This document shows positions 30,059-39,286 of a DNA stretch of 50,243 bases, piece after piece. Source of the stretch: Candidatus Rokuibacteriota bacterium (GTDB lineage: Bacteria; Methylomirabilota; Methylomirabilia; Rokubacteriales; CSP1-6). Position 1 is the stretch's first letter. Every line of letters begins with the position of its first letter. The stretch lies in the NCBI GenBank assembly GCA_016209385.1, contig JACQWB010000205.1, positions 1 to 50,243 of the forward strand, in the 5' to 3' direction. Below the pieces are notes generated by a model. The model did no database searches and was not told the DNA's origin. It was given only the letters and a program-made list of their open reading frames with translations. The position numbers and the translations under genes are program-made.

Positions 30059-30478
30059 ATGGAGATCGACCCCCTCGCCATCAGCGCCTCAGCGCTCGCC
30101 GCCCAGCGGGCTCGGATGAACCTCATCGCCGAGAACCTGGCCCACGCCGACACGACTCGCACGCCCGAAGGCGGGCCGTACCGCCGACGCAAGGTCGTCT
30201 TCGAGGCTCACGGCAGTGCCTTCCCCGGCCTGCCGAGCGCCGAGCCCAGCCGGGGTGTGCGCGTCGTCGGGGTCGTTGACGCCCAAACTCCCTTCCGGCG
30301 CATCCACCAACCGGGCCACCCCGATGCGGACGCGGAGGGCTACGTCTCGCTCCCCAACGTCAACCCGGTGATGGAAATGATCGACCTGATGGCCGCCACG
30401 CGCGCGTACGAGGCGAACGTCAGCGCCATCCAGGCTCTGAAGTCCATGATGCAGAAAGCGCTCGAGCTGGGGCGCTAG
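30059..30478 (+). CDS. flgC: Flagellar basal-body rod protein FlgC
   Basis: AQRARMNLIAENLAHADTTRTPEGGPYRRR, HPDADAEGYVSLPNVN, RAYEANV. Confidence 0.96.
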   Translation: MEIDPLAISASALAAQRARMNLIAENLAHADTTRTPEGGPYRRRKVVFEAHGSAFPGLPSAEPSRGVRVVGVVDAQTPFRRIHQPGHPDADAEGYVSLPNVNPVMEMIDLMAATRAYEANVSAIQALKSMMQKALELGR

Positions 30479-30498
30479 CCCCACACTGAGGATTCGCG

Positions 30499-30837
30499 AT
30501 GGCCGACATCGCCCCGCAGCCGATCGCCTCACCCGCCCTGCGGGTGGCCCCGCCGCGGCCGCCGCAGCCGCCCGTCGTGCCCGGCGCGGGAGCGGGCGCG
30601 GTGAACGGCGCGCTCCCGACGAGCTTCGGCGACCTGCTCCGGGACGCCATTGCTGCAGTCAACCAGGCCCAGCGGTCGGCCGAAGAGGCCGCCCAGACCT
30701 TCGCCACCGGGCAGACGCGGGACGTAACTCCCACCCTGATCGCCGTGGAGAAGGCCAACGTGACCTTCCAGCTCCTCCTCCAGGTCCGAAACCGCCTGCT
30801 CGAGGCGTACCAGGAAGTCCTGCGAATTCAGGTGTAA
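30499..30837 (+). CDS. fliE: Flagellar hook-basal body protein FliE
   Basis: SFGDLLRDAIAAVNQAQ...EKANVTFQLLLQVRNRLLEAYQEVLRIQV. Confidence 0.95.
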   Translation: MADIAPQPIASPALRVAPPRPPQPPVVPGAGAGAVNGALPTSFGDLLRDAIAAVNQAQRSAEEAAQTFATGQTRDVTPTLIAVEKANVTFQLLLQVRNRLLEAYQEVLRIQV

Positions 30838-30840
30838 CCG

Positions 30841-32418
30841 ATGCCACCACGCCTCGAGATGCTCCTCGTCGCCGCCAGAGCCAAATGGGCAACCCTCCCG
30901 AGCCGCACGCGGTGGTCCCTGCTCGTGGCGGTCGGGGCGCTGGGCCTGACCGTGACGCTGCTCTCGCTCCTCTCCGGCCCGCGTGACTTCCAGATCCTGT
31001 TCGCCAACCTGCCGCCCGAGGACGCAACCGCCGTGACGGAGGCCCTCCGTCAGGCGCGCGTCCCCACGCGGCTCGCCGAGGGCGGCAAGCAGATCCTGGT
31101 GTCGGCTGCCCAGGTCCACGAGTGGCGGCTCAAGCTCGCGAGCCAGGGGCTTCCGTCGGCGGGCAGCCCGGGCTTCGAGCTGTTCGACAAGAGCCAGTTT
31201 GGGACCACCGACTTCGCCCAGCGGCTCAATTTCCAGCGCGCCCTCCAGGGGGAGCTGGCCCGGACCATCGGCCAGGTCCGAGAGGTGCTTCAGGCACGCG
31301 TGCACCTGGCGATGCCCGCGCCCCGGCTCTTCTCAACCCAGGACCGGCCAGCCTCGGCCTCGGTGGTGGTGCGCCTCAAACCCGGGACGGCGCTCAGGCC
31401 GGATCAGGTGCGCGGGATCGTCCACCTGGTCAGCGGCGCGGTCGAAGGGTTGAGCCCCGACCGCGTCACGGTGCTCGACACCAGCGGGCGCGTGCTCGGG
31501 AGCGGCGCCGACCGCAGCGTCGGGGGGCTGTCGGGAAGCCAGCAGGAAGCGCGCGCCACCCTGGAGGCCGAGATCGAGCGGCGCGTGCAGACCCTGCTGG
31601 ACCCCGTCGTCGGGCCCGGCCACTCAGCCGTCCGGGTCGCCGCCCACGTGAACTTCGACCAGGTCGAGCGCACCGAGGAGCGGTTCGACCCCAACTCGGT
31701 GGTCAAGCAGGAGACTCGCTCCAACGAGTCAAGCCAGGGCACGTCCTCCCAGCCGAGCGGTGTGCCGGGTCCCGAGTCCCCCCAGACTCCGCTCAACGCT
31801 TCCAACAGCCGCACCCAGCGTGAAGCCGAACAGATCACGTACGAGATCTCGCGGACGGTCCAGAAGACCGTGGTAGCCCCGGGAGAAGTGAAGCGTCTCT
31901 CCGTGGCGGTCCTCCTGGATACCCCGATCGTCCAAGGGAAGCGCCCGGCGCGGACCCCGGCGGAGATCGAGCGGATCCGGAGGCTGGTCCAGAAGGCCGC
32001 CGGAATCCTGCCGGACCGCGGTGACGAGGTCGAGGTCGCCGAGATCCCGTTCGATGTGACCCAGGTGCCGGAGCGGGAGCCCTCCGCCCCGGCGACCCGA
32101 CCCGCCAGGGCGATTCCGAGCTGGGCATGGACCGCGCTGAGCCTCGCCGTGGCCGTCAGCGTTGCCCTGGTGCTCCTCGAGGCTCGGCGGCGGCGAAAGA
32201 TCTTCGAGGAAGCGGTCGCGGCGTCGGCCGTCCTGAACGCTCCGGCTCCCCTCGAAGCGCCGGAGCCGATCGAGGAAAAGTTCGCGCCGGAGCCATTGGA
32301 ACTCAAGCAGAAGGACATGATGAAGCAGCGGGTCCTCGCCGCGGCCAAGCAGCACCCGGACGAAGTCGTCCAGCTCCTCCGGGTGTGGATGCTCAAGCGC
32401 AAGGTCCACGCGGGATAA
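30841..32418 (+). CDS. fliF: Flagellar MS-ring protein FliF
   Basis: GFELFDKSQFGTTDFAQRLNFQRALQGELARTI, ASASVVV, RLSVAVLLD, second TM, PDEVVQLLRVWM. Confidence 0.96.
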   Translation: MPPRLEMLLVAARAKWATLPSRTRWSLLVAVGALGLTVTLLSLLSGPRDFQILFANLPPEDATAVTEALRQARVPTRLAEGGKQILVSAAQVHEWRLKLASQGLPSAGSPGFELFDKSQFGTTDFAQRLNFQRALQGELARTIGQVREVLQARVHLAMPAPRLFSTQDRPASASVVVRLKPGTALRPDQVRGIVHLVSGAVEGLSPDRVTVLDTSGRVLGSGADRSVGGLSGSQQEARATLEAEIERRVQTLLDPVVGPGHSAVRVAAHVNFDQVERTEERFDPNSVVKQETRSNESSQGTSSQPSGVPGPESPQTPLNASNSRTQREAEQITYEISRTVQKTVVAPGEVKRLSVAVLLDTPIVQGKRPARTPAEIERIRRLVQKAAGILPDRGDEVEVAEIPFDVTQVPEREPSAPATRPARAIPSWAWTALSLAVAVSVALVLLEARRRRKIFEEAVAASAVLNAPAPLEAPEPIEEKFAPEPLELKQKDMMKQRVLAAAKQHPDEVVQLLRVWMLKRKVHAG

Positions 32419-32421
32419 GCG

Positions 32422-33435
32422 ATGCCCGCCGCGATCGAGCCACTCTCCGGCACGCGAAAGGCGGCGATCCTCCTCGTGACGCTCGGCGCCGACGCGTCGG
32501 CGGATATCTTCAAGCGGCTCACGGATGCCGAGATCGAGGAGATAACCACCGAGATCAGCCGCATCGGCGAGGTCTCCTCCGACATGACGAAGGGGGTCCT
32601 TGAGGAGTTCTCAACGCTCGCGCAGGCCCGCTCGTACATCCTCAGGGGCGGCCTCACCTACGTCCGCGAGGTCCTGCGGAAGGCGTTCACTCCGAGCCGC
32701 GCGGACGAGGTGCTGACGCGCCTCCGGGTCTCGCTCCAACCCGCTCCCTTCGCCGCCATGCGGAAGACCGACCCCAAGCAGTTGTCCGACTTCATCCGCC
32801 GCGAGCACCCCCAAACCGTGGCCCTCATCCTGGCCAACCTCGAGCCCGAGGTCGCCGCGGTCGTGCTGTCCAAGCTGCCGCCCGAGACACGGACCCAGGT
32901 CGTGCTCCGCATGGCCAAGATGGACACCACCAGCCCCGACATCGTCAAGTCCATCGGCCAGGTGCTGGAGAAGCGTATGGCCTCGCTTCTCAACCAGGAG
33001 GTTGCCCTGGTGGGCGGGCTCAAGACCGTGGCCGACATCCTGAACCGCATTGATCGGTCGGCAGAGAAGCAGGTTTTCGAGTCCCTGGAGCAGACCCACG
33101 CACAGCTCGCCACGGACATCCGACGGCTGATGTTCACCTTCGACGACATCGTCCGCCTCGACGATCGCTCGATCCAGCGGGTCCTGATGGAGGTGGAACA
33201 GGACGACCTGGCGAGGGCACTCAAGGCGGCCGGCGAGGCGGTCCGCGCGAAGATCTTCGAGAACCTGTCGGAGCGGGCTCAGACCGTGCTGAAGCAGGAG
33301 ATCGAGTACCTGGGCCCTGTCCGCCTCAAGGACGTGGAGGAAGCCCAGATGCGCATCGTCCAGACGATCCGCGCCCTGGAGGCCGAGGGCGAGGTGATCG
33401 TTCCGGGCAAGGACAGCGAGGAGACCGTTGTCTAG
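32422..33435 (+). CDS. fliG: Flagellar motor switch protein FliG
   Basis: RKAAILLVTLG, EHPQTVALIL, GGLKTVADILN, MFTFDD, GPVRLKDVEEAQ. Confidence 0.97.
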   Translation: MPAAIEPLSGTRKAAILLVTLGADASADIFKRLTDAEIEEITTEISRIGEVSSDMTKGVLEEFSTLAQARSYILRGGLTYVREVLRKAFTPSRADEVLTRLRVSLQPAPFAAMRKTDPKQLSDFIRREHPQTVALILANLEPEVAAVVLSKLPPETRTQVVLRMAKMDTTSPDIVKSIGQVLEKRMASLLNQEVALVGGLKTVADILNRIDRSAEKQVFESLEQTHAQLATDIRRLMFTFDDIVRLDDRSIQRVLMEVEQDDLARALKAAGEAVRAKIFENLSERAQTVLKQEIEYLGPVRLKDVEEAQMRIVQTIRALEAEGEVIVPGKDSEETVV

Positions 33436-34126
33436 GCCAGCCTTCTCCCAGACGCTCGCGACGGGCGGGACCGTTCGGCCAGTGGTTCTCCCGCAGCTGT
33501 CTCCACCCGGGGCCTCCACCGCCGACACCGAGCTCGCCCAGTCCGAGCCCGAAACTGAGGGCCTGACCGTCGTCCGCGAGGCTCACCGGATGGCCCGCGC
33601 GATCATCGCCAGGGCCAAGGCCCACGCGCGGGAGCTGGAAGCGGAGGCGCGCGAGCAAGGCTTCCGGAGCGGGAAAGAAGCGGCCCTTCAGACCGAAGGC
33701 GAGGCCCTCCGCCAGGCTGTGCAGGCCCTCTCCGCCGGCGCCGGGCGACTGGTCGCGGCCGCCACCGAGGCGGAGCGGGATCTCGTCGAGACCCTTCCCC
33801 GTCTGGCTTTTCGCCTCGCGCAGGCCATTCTCCAGACCGAGCTCACGCTGAACCCCGACGCGCTCAGCGCAGTGGTGCGGACCGCGGTGCGGGCCATCCT
33901 TCCGGCCCGGGAGGTCGTGGTCACGCTGCACCCCGACGATCGGAACGCCCTGGAACGTGCGAAATCCGCGCTGGGCGACCTCCTGGCAGGCACGGAACTC
34001 CGGCTGGAGACCCACGACAGCGTGGAGCGAGGCCACGCGCTGGTCAAGACCGAGGCGCTGATGCTCGACGCCTCCCTTGAGCGCCAGCTTCAGGAGGCCG
34101 TGCGTCTCCTCCAGGAGTCCGCATGA
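33428..34126 (+). CDS. fliH: Flagellar export protein FliH
   Basis: AREQGFRSGKE repeat region, VTLHPDD, VERGHALVKT, LDASLERQL. TTG start; lies between fliG and fliI. Confidence 0.88.
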   Translation: MSRPAFSQTLATGGTVRPVVLPQLSPPGASTADTELAQSEPETEGLTVVREAHRMARAIIARAKAHARELEAEAREQGFRSGKEAALQTEGEALRQAVQALSAGAGRLVAAATEAERDLVETLPRLAFRLAQAILQTELTLNPDALSAVVRTAVRAILPAREVVVTLHPDDRNALERAKSALGDLLAGTELRLETHDSVERGHALVKTEALMLDASLERQLQEAVRLLQESA

Positions 34127-35466
34127 AGGGCCTTGCCGCGATGGAAGCTCGCCTCGACCTGCTGACTCCCGATCGACTGGTGCGGCCCCGCGGAAAGGTC
34201 ATCCGGGTGGTGGGGCTGGTGATCGAAGCGACGGGACCTCCGGTTCCGGTGGGCGACCTCTGCCGGATCGGGGTCGCCGGCTCGCCGGAGGGCGCCCTCG
34301 CCGAAGTCGTGGGGTTCCGGGAGGGCCGCCTGCTGCTCATGCCCCTCGCGGAACTCCTCGGCGTCGCTCCCGGATCGGAGGTGCTGCCCCTGGGCCACGG
34401 GCTCAGGATCCCCGTGGGCGTCGAGCTGCTCGGACGCGTCCTCGACGGGCTGGGGCGGCCGATGGACACCTGTGGCCCCATCCGCGTCCGCACCTCAGTG
34501 ACGAATCATCGACGGCCTCCAGACCCGCTCACCCGGCGGCGAGTCGAACGCCCGCTGGCCAGCGGCCTCCGAGTCATCGATGGGCTCCTCACCGTCGGCT
34601 ACGGCCAGCGCATCGGTATCTTCGCGGGCTCGGGAGTCGGCAAGAGTGTCCTGCTTGGCATGATCGCCCGGTACGCTGCGGCCGACGTCAACGTGATCGG
34701 CTTGGTCGGCGAGCGCGGGCGTGAGGTTCGCGAGTTCATCGAAAAGGACCTGGGGCCGGAAGGGCTGGAGCGCTCCGTCGTCGTCGTTGCCACCTCCGAT
34801 GCCCCGCCCCAGATCCGCCGCCAAGCGGCCTTCACCGCCACGGCCATCGCCGAGCACTTCCGCGATGCGGGCCGGACCGTGCTCCTGATGATGGACTCGC
34901 TGACACGCTTCGCTGCGGCCCAACGCGAGGTCGGCCTCGCGGTCGGCGAACCCCCGACCACCCGCGGATACCCGCCGTCGGTGTTCGCCCTCCTCCCGAG
35001 GCTCCTGGAACGGGCCGGCACCTGCCCGGGGCCCGGGTCCATCACCGGGCTGTACACGATTCTGGTCGAAGGCGACGATCCCAACGAGCCGGTGGCCGAC
35101 GCGGTGCGCGCGATCCTCGACGGCCACATCGTCCTCTCCCGCGCCCTCGCCGCGCACGGGCACTTCCCCGCCATCGATGTCCTCGGGAGCGTGAGCCGCT
35201 GCATGATCGACATCGTGACGCCAGAGCACCAAGCCCTCGCCCAGTCCTTGCGGGCGCTCATCGCGGCTCACCGGGAGGTCGAGCCGTTGCTGGCCCTTGG
35301 CGCGTATCGAGCGGGTGGGCTTCCCACCGCCGACCGGGCGATCGCGCGCTGGGATCAAATCCTCGACTTTCTCACCCAGGCCGTGAGCGACCGGACCGCG
35401 TTTGAGGACACGCTCGCCCGGCTGGCCACTCTGGTTCGGGAGCCCGCCGCGGAGCGTCGCGCATGA
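34123..35466 (+). CDS. fliI: Flagellar export ATPase FliI
   Basis: GQRIGIFAGSGVGKS, GERGREVREF, MDSLTRF, GYPPSVF, DGHIVLSR. Confidence 0.97.
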   Translation: MKGLAAMEARLDLLTPDRLVRPRGKVIRVVGLVIEATGPPVPVGDLCRIGVAGSPEGALAEVVGFREGRLLLMPLAELLGVAPGSEVLPLGHGLRIPVGVELLGRVLDGLGRPMDTCGPIRVRTSVTNHRRPPDPLTRRRVERPLASGLRVIDGLLTVGYGQRIGIFAGSGVGKSVLLGMIARYAAADVNVIGLVGERGREVREFIEKDLGPEGLERSVVVVATSDAPPQIRRQAAFTATAIAEHFRDAGRTVLLMMDSLTRFAAAQREVGLAVGEPPTTRGYPPSVFALLPRLLERAGTCPGPGSITGLYTILVEGDDPNEPVADAVRAILDGHIVLSRALAAHGHFPAIDVLGSVSRCMIDIVTPEHQALAQSLRALIAAHREVEPLLALGAYRAGGLPTADRAIARWDQILDFLTQAVSDRTAFEDTLARLATLVREPAAERRA

Positions 35467-35897
35467 GCACGCCCTACAGCGCGCTCCTCCGGGTCAGGCG
35501 GGTCGTTGAGCGCGATGCCGAGATCGCCATCGCTCAGGCTCGCCATACCGTGGCGGCGCTCGAGGACGGCCTGGCGACCCTCGGCGTGCTCCGTCAGCGC
35601 TGGGTCGAATCGGCGTTCGCGGCAGCGCCGGGATCCACGGGCGTCCACGGCCAGATCACCGCCATCGAGGCGACCGAGACCGCCCTCGCAGCTTCGCTTG
35701 CCCGGGCGGAAGTCGCCCTGGACGAGGCCCGGGCCGTCTGGACCGAGCGTCACCGGGACCGACGGGTCGCGGAGGAACTCGAGACCCGGACCCTTGAGGA
35801 GCGACGACTTGAGGCGGAGCGTCGGGAGCAGGCCGTGACCGATGACTTGGCGGCCATCCTCCGGCTTCGCGCCACGGGGGTATGGGGTGAAGCGTAG
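35463..35897 (+). CDS. fliJ: Flagellar export protein FliJ
   Basis: Coiled-coil protein after fliI with LLRVRR...E and RREQAVTDD motifs. Confidence 0.8.
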   Translation: MSTPYSALLRVRRVVERDAEIAIAQARHTVAALEDGLATLGVLRQRWVESAFAAAPGSTGVHGQITAIEATETALAASLARAEVALDEARAVWTERHRDRRVAEELETRTLEERRLEAERREQAVTDDLAAILRLRATGVWGEA

Positions 35898-36681
35898 CCC
35901 GCGGTTGCTGCTCGGCGTCGGTACCACTGCGCTGCTCCTGGCCGCCGGCGCCGCAGGCTTCGCGTGGTCGGGGTTCGGCGTCATGATCCTCGCCAAGTTT
36001 CACGAGCCCGGTGCCCCTGTCTCGGCCACGGCGGATGACGCATCCGCACCCCAGCCGTCGCCGGCCTCCCTGCGCCAGGACGAGCTACCGCTTCAAGCGG
36101 AGGAGACCACGACCCGAGACGTCCCGAGCCATCCCACAGCCATCGGGTCTCGCCTCGTGCGACCCGCGGAACCCAGCTTCGCTGGGTGCCCCGGGTGCCC
36201 GCTGCCTCACGGCATGGCCGACGTCCCTCGGCTCGAAAATCCACTCGGGTCTCGCCTCGTGACGGGCCTGCCTCACGGCATGGCCGACGTCCCTCGGCTC
36301 GAAGTTCAACAGCCGCGCCCGGCGCTCGCTCAGGGCGCGCCCGCCCTGGCCGAGATCTACGGATCGATGCGCCCGCAGGAGGCGGCGAGCATTCTCTCCC
36401 GGGTCGAGCCAAAGGTCGCCGCACAGATTCTGACAGAGATGGCGCCCCGAAAGGCCGCCCGTGTGCTCGGGGCCATCGATCCTGCACAGGCCGCAACCCT
36501 GACGAGCGAGATCGTGAGAGGCCCGGTGGAAATTCGAGCCGAGGGGCTCCCGACGAGCCCCGGGCACGGCAGTTCGAGCCGAGGCGCTTCGGCGCCGGCA
36601 GCTTCATCGCCGGCGCCAGCGACGAGGCGAGGCCCGAGCAAATCAGACGGAGGCGAGGCCCAAAAGGAGCCTACCCCGTGA
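35887..36681 (+). CDS. MotE/YlxF/FlbB-like flagellar protein (TM + MgtE-N-like domain) carrying two family B insertions
   Basis: N-terminal TM and LAEIYGSMRPQEAASILSRV...ILTEMAPRKAARVLGAIDP. Sits in the ylxF position between fliJ and fliK. GTG start at 35887. Confidence 0.8.
   Translation: MKRSPRLLLGVGTTALLLAAGAAGFAWSGFGVMILAKFHEPGAPVSATADDASAPQPSPASLRQDELPLQAEETTTRDVPSHPTAIGSRLVRPAEPSFAGCPGCPLPHGMADVPRLENPLGSRLVTGLPHGMADVPRLEVQQPRPALAQGAPALAEIYGSMRPQEAASILSRVEPKVAAQILTEMAPRKAARVLGAIDPAQAATLTSEIVRGPVEIRAEGLPTSPGHGSSSRGASAPAASSPAPATRRGPSKSDGGEAQKEPTP
36143..36303 (-). repeat. Two family B units in reverse orientation, internal to the CDS
   Basis: tcgggtctcgcctcgt...gcctcacggcatggccgacgtccctcggctcgaa occurs twice. 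It is the reverse complement of the 8447-8511 unit type. Confidence 0.92.
36533..36663 (+). repeat. Two family B units at the 3' end of the motE-like CDS
   Basis: ttcgagccgaggggctcccgacgagcc (as at about 8518) plus the 7156-7243-type unit. Confidence 0.92.
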
Positions 36682-38408
36682 TCCCAACTCGCGTAGACCT
36701 CATGTCGCTGATGGACCCAGGACAGTTGAGCGACCCGAGCCCGAGTGCGGTTGAGCCGTCCAGAGATGGCACTTCCGAGGGGTTGCCCGACCCACACGAC
36801 TTCGCGTCCTTGCTCCTCGCCGTTCCAACGCCGGTCGAACCCGCGGCGCTTGCGACTCCGATGCCGGGCGGAGGAAGCCCCGGCGCCGAAGCCGGGTCGC
36901 AGGATCGCTCCCGGCCGCTGACGTCGGGCGTCTACCCTCCGGCACCTCAGACCAGCATGGAGGGTGCGGCTGCAGGGTGGAGTCCGCCGCGCTCCCCGGT
37001 CGGTCGGGCTCCTGCCATCGCGAGCCCAGACGGCGTCGCGGTCACCCAGGTCCTCACCGCCTTAGCCGCTGGCGACCGGGACGCGATTGAAACCCCTCCG
37101 ACACTCGGCACGCCAGCCGCTGCCGCGGCGTCTTCGACGGGCAGATCGGTCGCGCCGGTGATCGACCCGGCACTTCCGGTCGACCGGTCCCCCCGTAGCT
37201 CGGACGCTCCGGCAGCCATCGCCGGCGCCCCGCTCCCCGCTTCGACCGATCGCGGGCTCCCCGGAGGTACGCCGCCAGCGTCCCCTGATGCCGGCCAGCA
37301 CGCCATGAATACCCCTCCGACACTCGGCACGCCAGCCGCTGCCGCGGCGTCTTCGACGGGCAGATCGGTCGCGCCGGTGATCGACCCGGCACTTCCGCTC
37401 GACCGGTCCCCGCGAAGCTCGGAGGCCCCGGCGGCGGTCGCCGCCGACCCTCTCCCCGCTTGGACCGGTCGCGGAGTGCTCGGAGGCACGCCGCCCGCGT
37501 CCCCCGGCGCTGGCGAGCACGGCTCGCCGACCCCGGGTGCCGAGGCCCAAGCTCAGCGCGGCGCTCCGATCGGAGACGCCGTCTCCCGGGATCCCTCAGG
37601 CGGGTCAGCACCTGACGGCCATGCCCATTCGGGCTCTCCGATCGTGCCTCAGACTCTGATCGAAGGACGTTCGCCAGCTCAGCGTCGGCCCTCCGAACCG
37701 CCGCAGGCGATCGTGGCAGAACGGCAGGACAGAGCCCAGGAGGCGCCGGTCCAGCGGATCGCAGCGCCCGTCATCGGTTTCCCCCAAGCGGGATCGCAAC
37801 GGGTCATCCCGACCCAGGCGACTCGGCTCCCGACCGAGGAGCCTGCGCCTCGCCTCCCAACGGAGCTGGGTCTGGACTCCGTCGATGAGCGTGCCGTCCT
37901 GAGCGGCGGTACGCGCGAGATCCAGGTCACCGTCGAGGCCCCGCTCCGCGCCGGACTCCCCGACGAGGCCCACCCGCTTCAGACTCCGGTGCCGACCGCT
38001 GCCGACGCGCCCGCGCTTCCCGTGGATCAGATTGTCCGGGCCGCACGGATCCTCCGGCAGGACGGGCGCACCGAGATGCGCGTCCACCTGGAGCCGCCCA
38101 CGCTCGGCTGGGTGCGCGTGCGCGTGACGGCGAGCCGCGATGCGCTCGCCCTGAACATTGATGCCGAGCGGCCCGAGACCCAGACCCTCCTCAGCCAGGC
38201 GCTCCCGGAGCTTCAAGCGGCCCTGGCGAGTCGCGGGCTCGAGGTCGCCTCGCTGACTGTCCGCGTCGATCTCGATGTCGCCAGACCCCGGAGCGATCCG
38301 GATCGCTCTGCGGAGCGCCCCAGGCGCGCGGAGCCCCGCGATCGCCTCGGGCCGCGCTCCCGCATGACCAGCGCGGGCCCCGCGCCCCGCGTGGATCTCA
38401 CCATCTAG
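36678..38408 (+). CDS. fliK: Flagellar hook-length control protein FliK
   Basis: Long low-complexity P/A/S/T region and C-terminal MRVHLEPPTLGWVRVRV...LSQALPELQAALASRGL...VDLTI. GTG at 36678 overlaps the upstream stop. Confidence 0.9.
   Translation: MIPTRVDLMSLMDPGQLSDPSPSAVEPSRDGTSEGLPDPHDFASLLLAVPTPVEPAALATPMPGGGSPGAEAGSQDRSRPLTSGVYPPAPQTSMEGAAAGWSPPRSPVGRAPAIASPDGVAVTQVLTALAAGDRDAIETPPTLGTPAAAAASSTGRSVAPVIDPALPVDRSPRSSDAPAAIAGAPLPASTDRGLPGGTPPASPDAGQHAMNTPPTLGTPAAAAASSTGRSVAPVIDPALPLDRSPRSSEAPAAVAADPLPAWTGRGVLGGTPPASPGAGEHGSPTPGAEAQAQRGAPIGDAVSRDPSGGSAPDGHAHSGSPIVPQTLIEGRSPAQRRPSEPPQAIVAERQDRAQEAPVQRIAAPVIGFPQAGSQRVIPTQATRLPTEEPAPRLPTELGLDSVDERAVLSGGTREIQVTVEAPLRAGLPDEAHPLQTPVPTAADAPALPVDQIVRAARILRQDGRTEMRVHLEPPTLGWVRVRVTASRDALALNIDAERPETQTLLSQALPELQAALASRGLEVASLTVRVDLDVARPRSDPDRSAERPRRAEPRDRLGPRSRMTSAGPAPRVDLTI
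37092..37529 (+). repeat. 219-bp (73-codon) tandem duplication inside fliK
   Basis: Copies start at 37092 and 37311. The first 87 bp are identical; the remainder is diverged but alignable. Confidence 0.92.
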
Positions 38409-38472
38409 GAGGAGGCCCCGTGACCAAGGGCGTACTTTCCGACTTCAGCTCGACGGAACTGACGGTCCTCTC

Positions 38473-38578
38473 CGAGCGCGCACCCACGCCTTCGGCGCAC
38501 CCGGGCCTTCGGCCCGGGTACCCGCCCGGCCCGCGCAAGTGGGGGGAGGAATCGGAAGGGGGGCGTGCCCCCCTCCGA
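38473..38578. repeat. Family A composite repeat between fliK and flgD
   Basis: cgcc-TTCG-gcg and cccgggcc-TTCG-gcccggg hairpins, then cccgcgcaa-gtgggggga-ggaatcggaagggggg-cgtg-cccccctccga. Confidence 0.88.
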
Positions 38579-38596
38579 GGAATCTAGGAGGAAAAC

Positions 38597-39271
38597 ATGG
38601 CCTTGCCACTGCTCCCGATCCTGGGCGCCGTGCTCCCACCGCTGATCAACATGGTGCGGGGCGCGGCCAAAACGCGACAGGACCGCCTCGAGAAGGAGGA
38701 CTTCCTGAGGCTCCTGGTCGCCCAGCTTCGAAACCAGAACCCGCTGAACCCGCTCTCGAACGACCAGTTCGTCAACCAGTCGACCGCGTTCTCCAGCCTG
38801 GAGTCGCTCCGCGCGATTCAGGATTCGCTGGCGGCGTCCGGCGCGGGCAACTCGCTCCTCACCGGGGCCTCCGGCCTGCTGGGGCGGCAAGTGATCGGGC
38901 TGAGCGCCACATTCAGCTTCCTGGGGCGGCCCGTGGAGCTCGCGTACGCGCTTCCGGCCGACGCCTCGCAGGTGCTGGTCGAGGTCACCGACGCGAAGGG
39001 GGTGGTCGTCAAGCGGCTCAATCTGGGCGGTCAATCCGCGGGCCCGCACCTGGTCGCCTTCGACGGCCGGGGGGACGGAAGCAGCCCGCTGCCAGTCGGC
39101 AGCTACCGCTACCGGGTGCTCGCGGCAGGCCCCGGAGGCCAGCTCGCACCGGTCTCCGCGATCACCGGCCTCGTCACCGGCGTCACGCTCCAGAACGGAA
39201 TCCCCGTGGTTTCCCTCGGTCCCATCCAGGTAGCCGTCTCCGACCTCACGGCTATCGCCACACCCAACTAA
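38597..39271 (+). CDS. flgD: Flagellar hook capping protein FlgD
   Basis: LEKEDFLRLLVAQLRNQNPLNP, ASGLLGRQV, and Ig-like FDGRGDGSSPLPVGSYRYRV. Confidence 0.93.
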   Translation: MALPLLPILGAVLPPLINMVRGAAKTRQDRLEKEDFLRLLVAQLRNQNPLNPLSNDQFVNQSTAFSSLESLRAIQDSLAASGAGNSLLTGASGLLGRQVIGLSATFSFLGRPVELAYALPADASQVLVEVTDAKGVVVKRLNLGGQSAGPHLVAFDGRGDGSSPLPVGSYRYRVLAAGPGGQLAPVSAITGLVTGVTLQNGIPVVSLGPIQVAVSDLTAIATPN

Positions 39272-39286
39272 CAAGGAGGAACCCCC

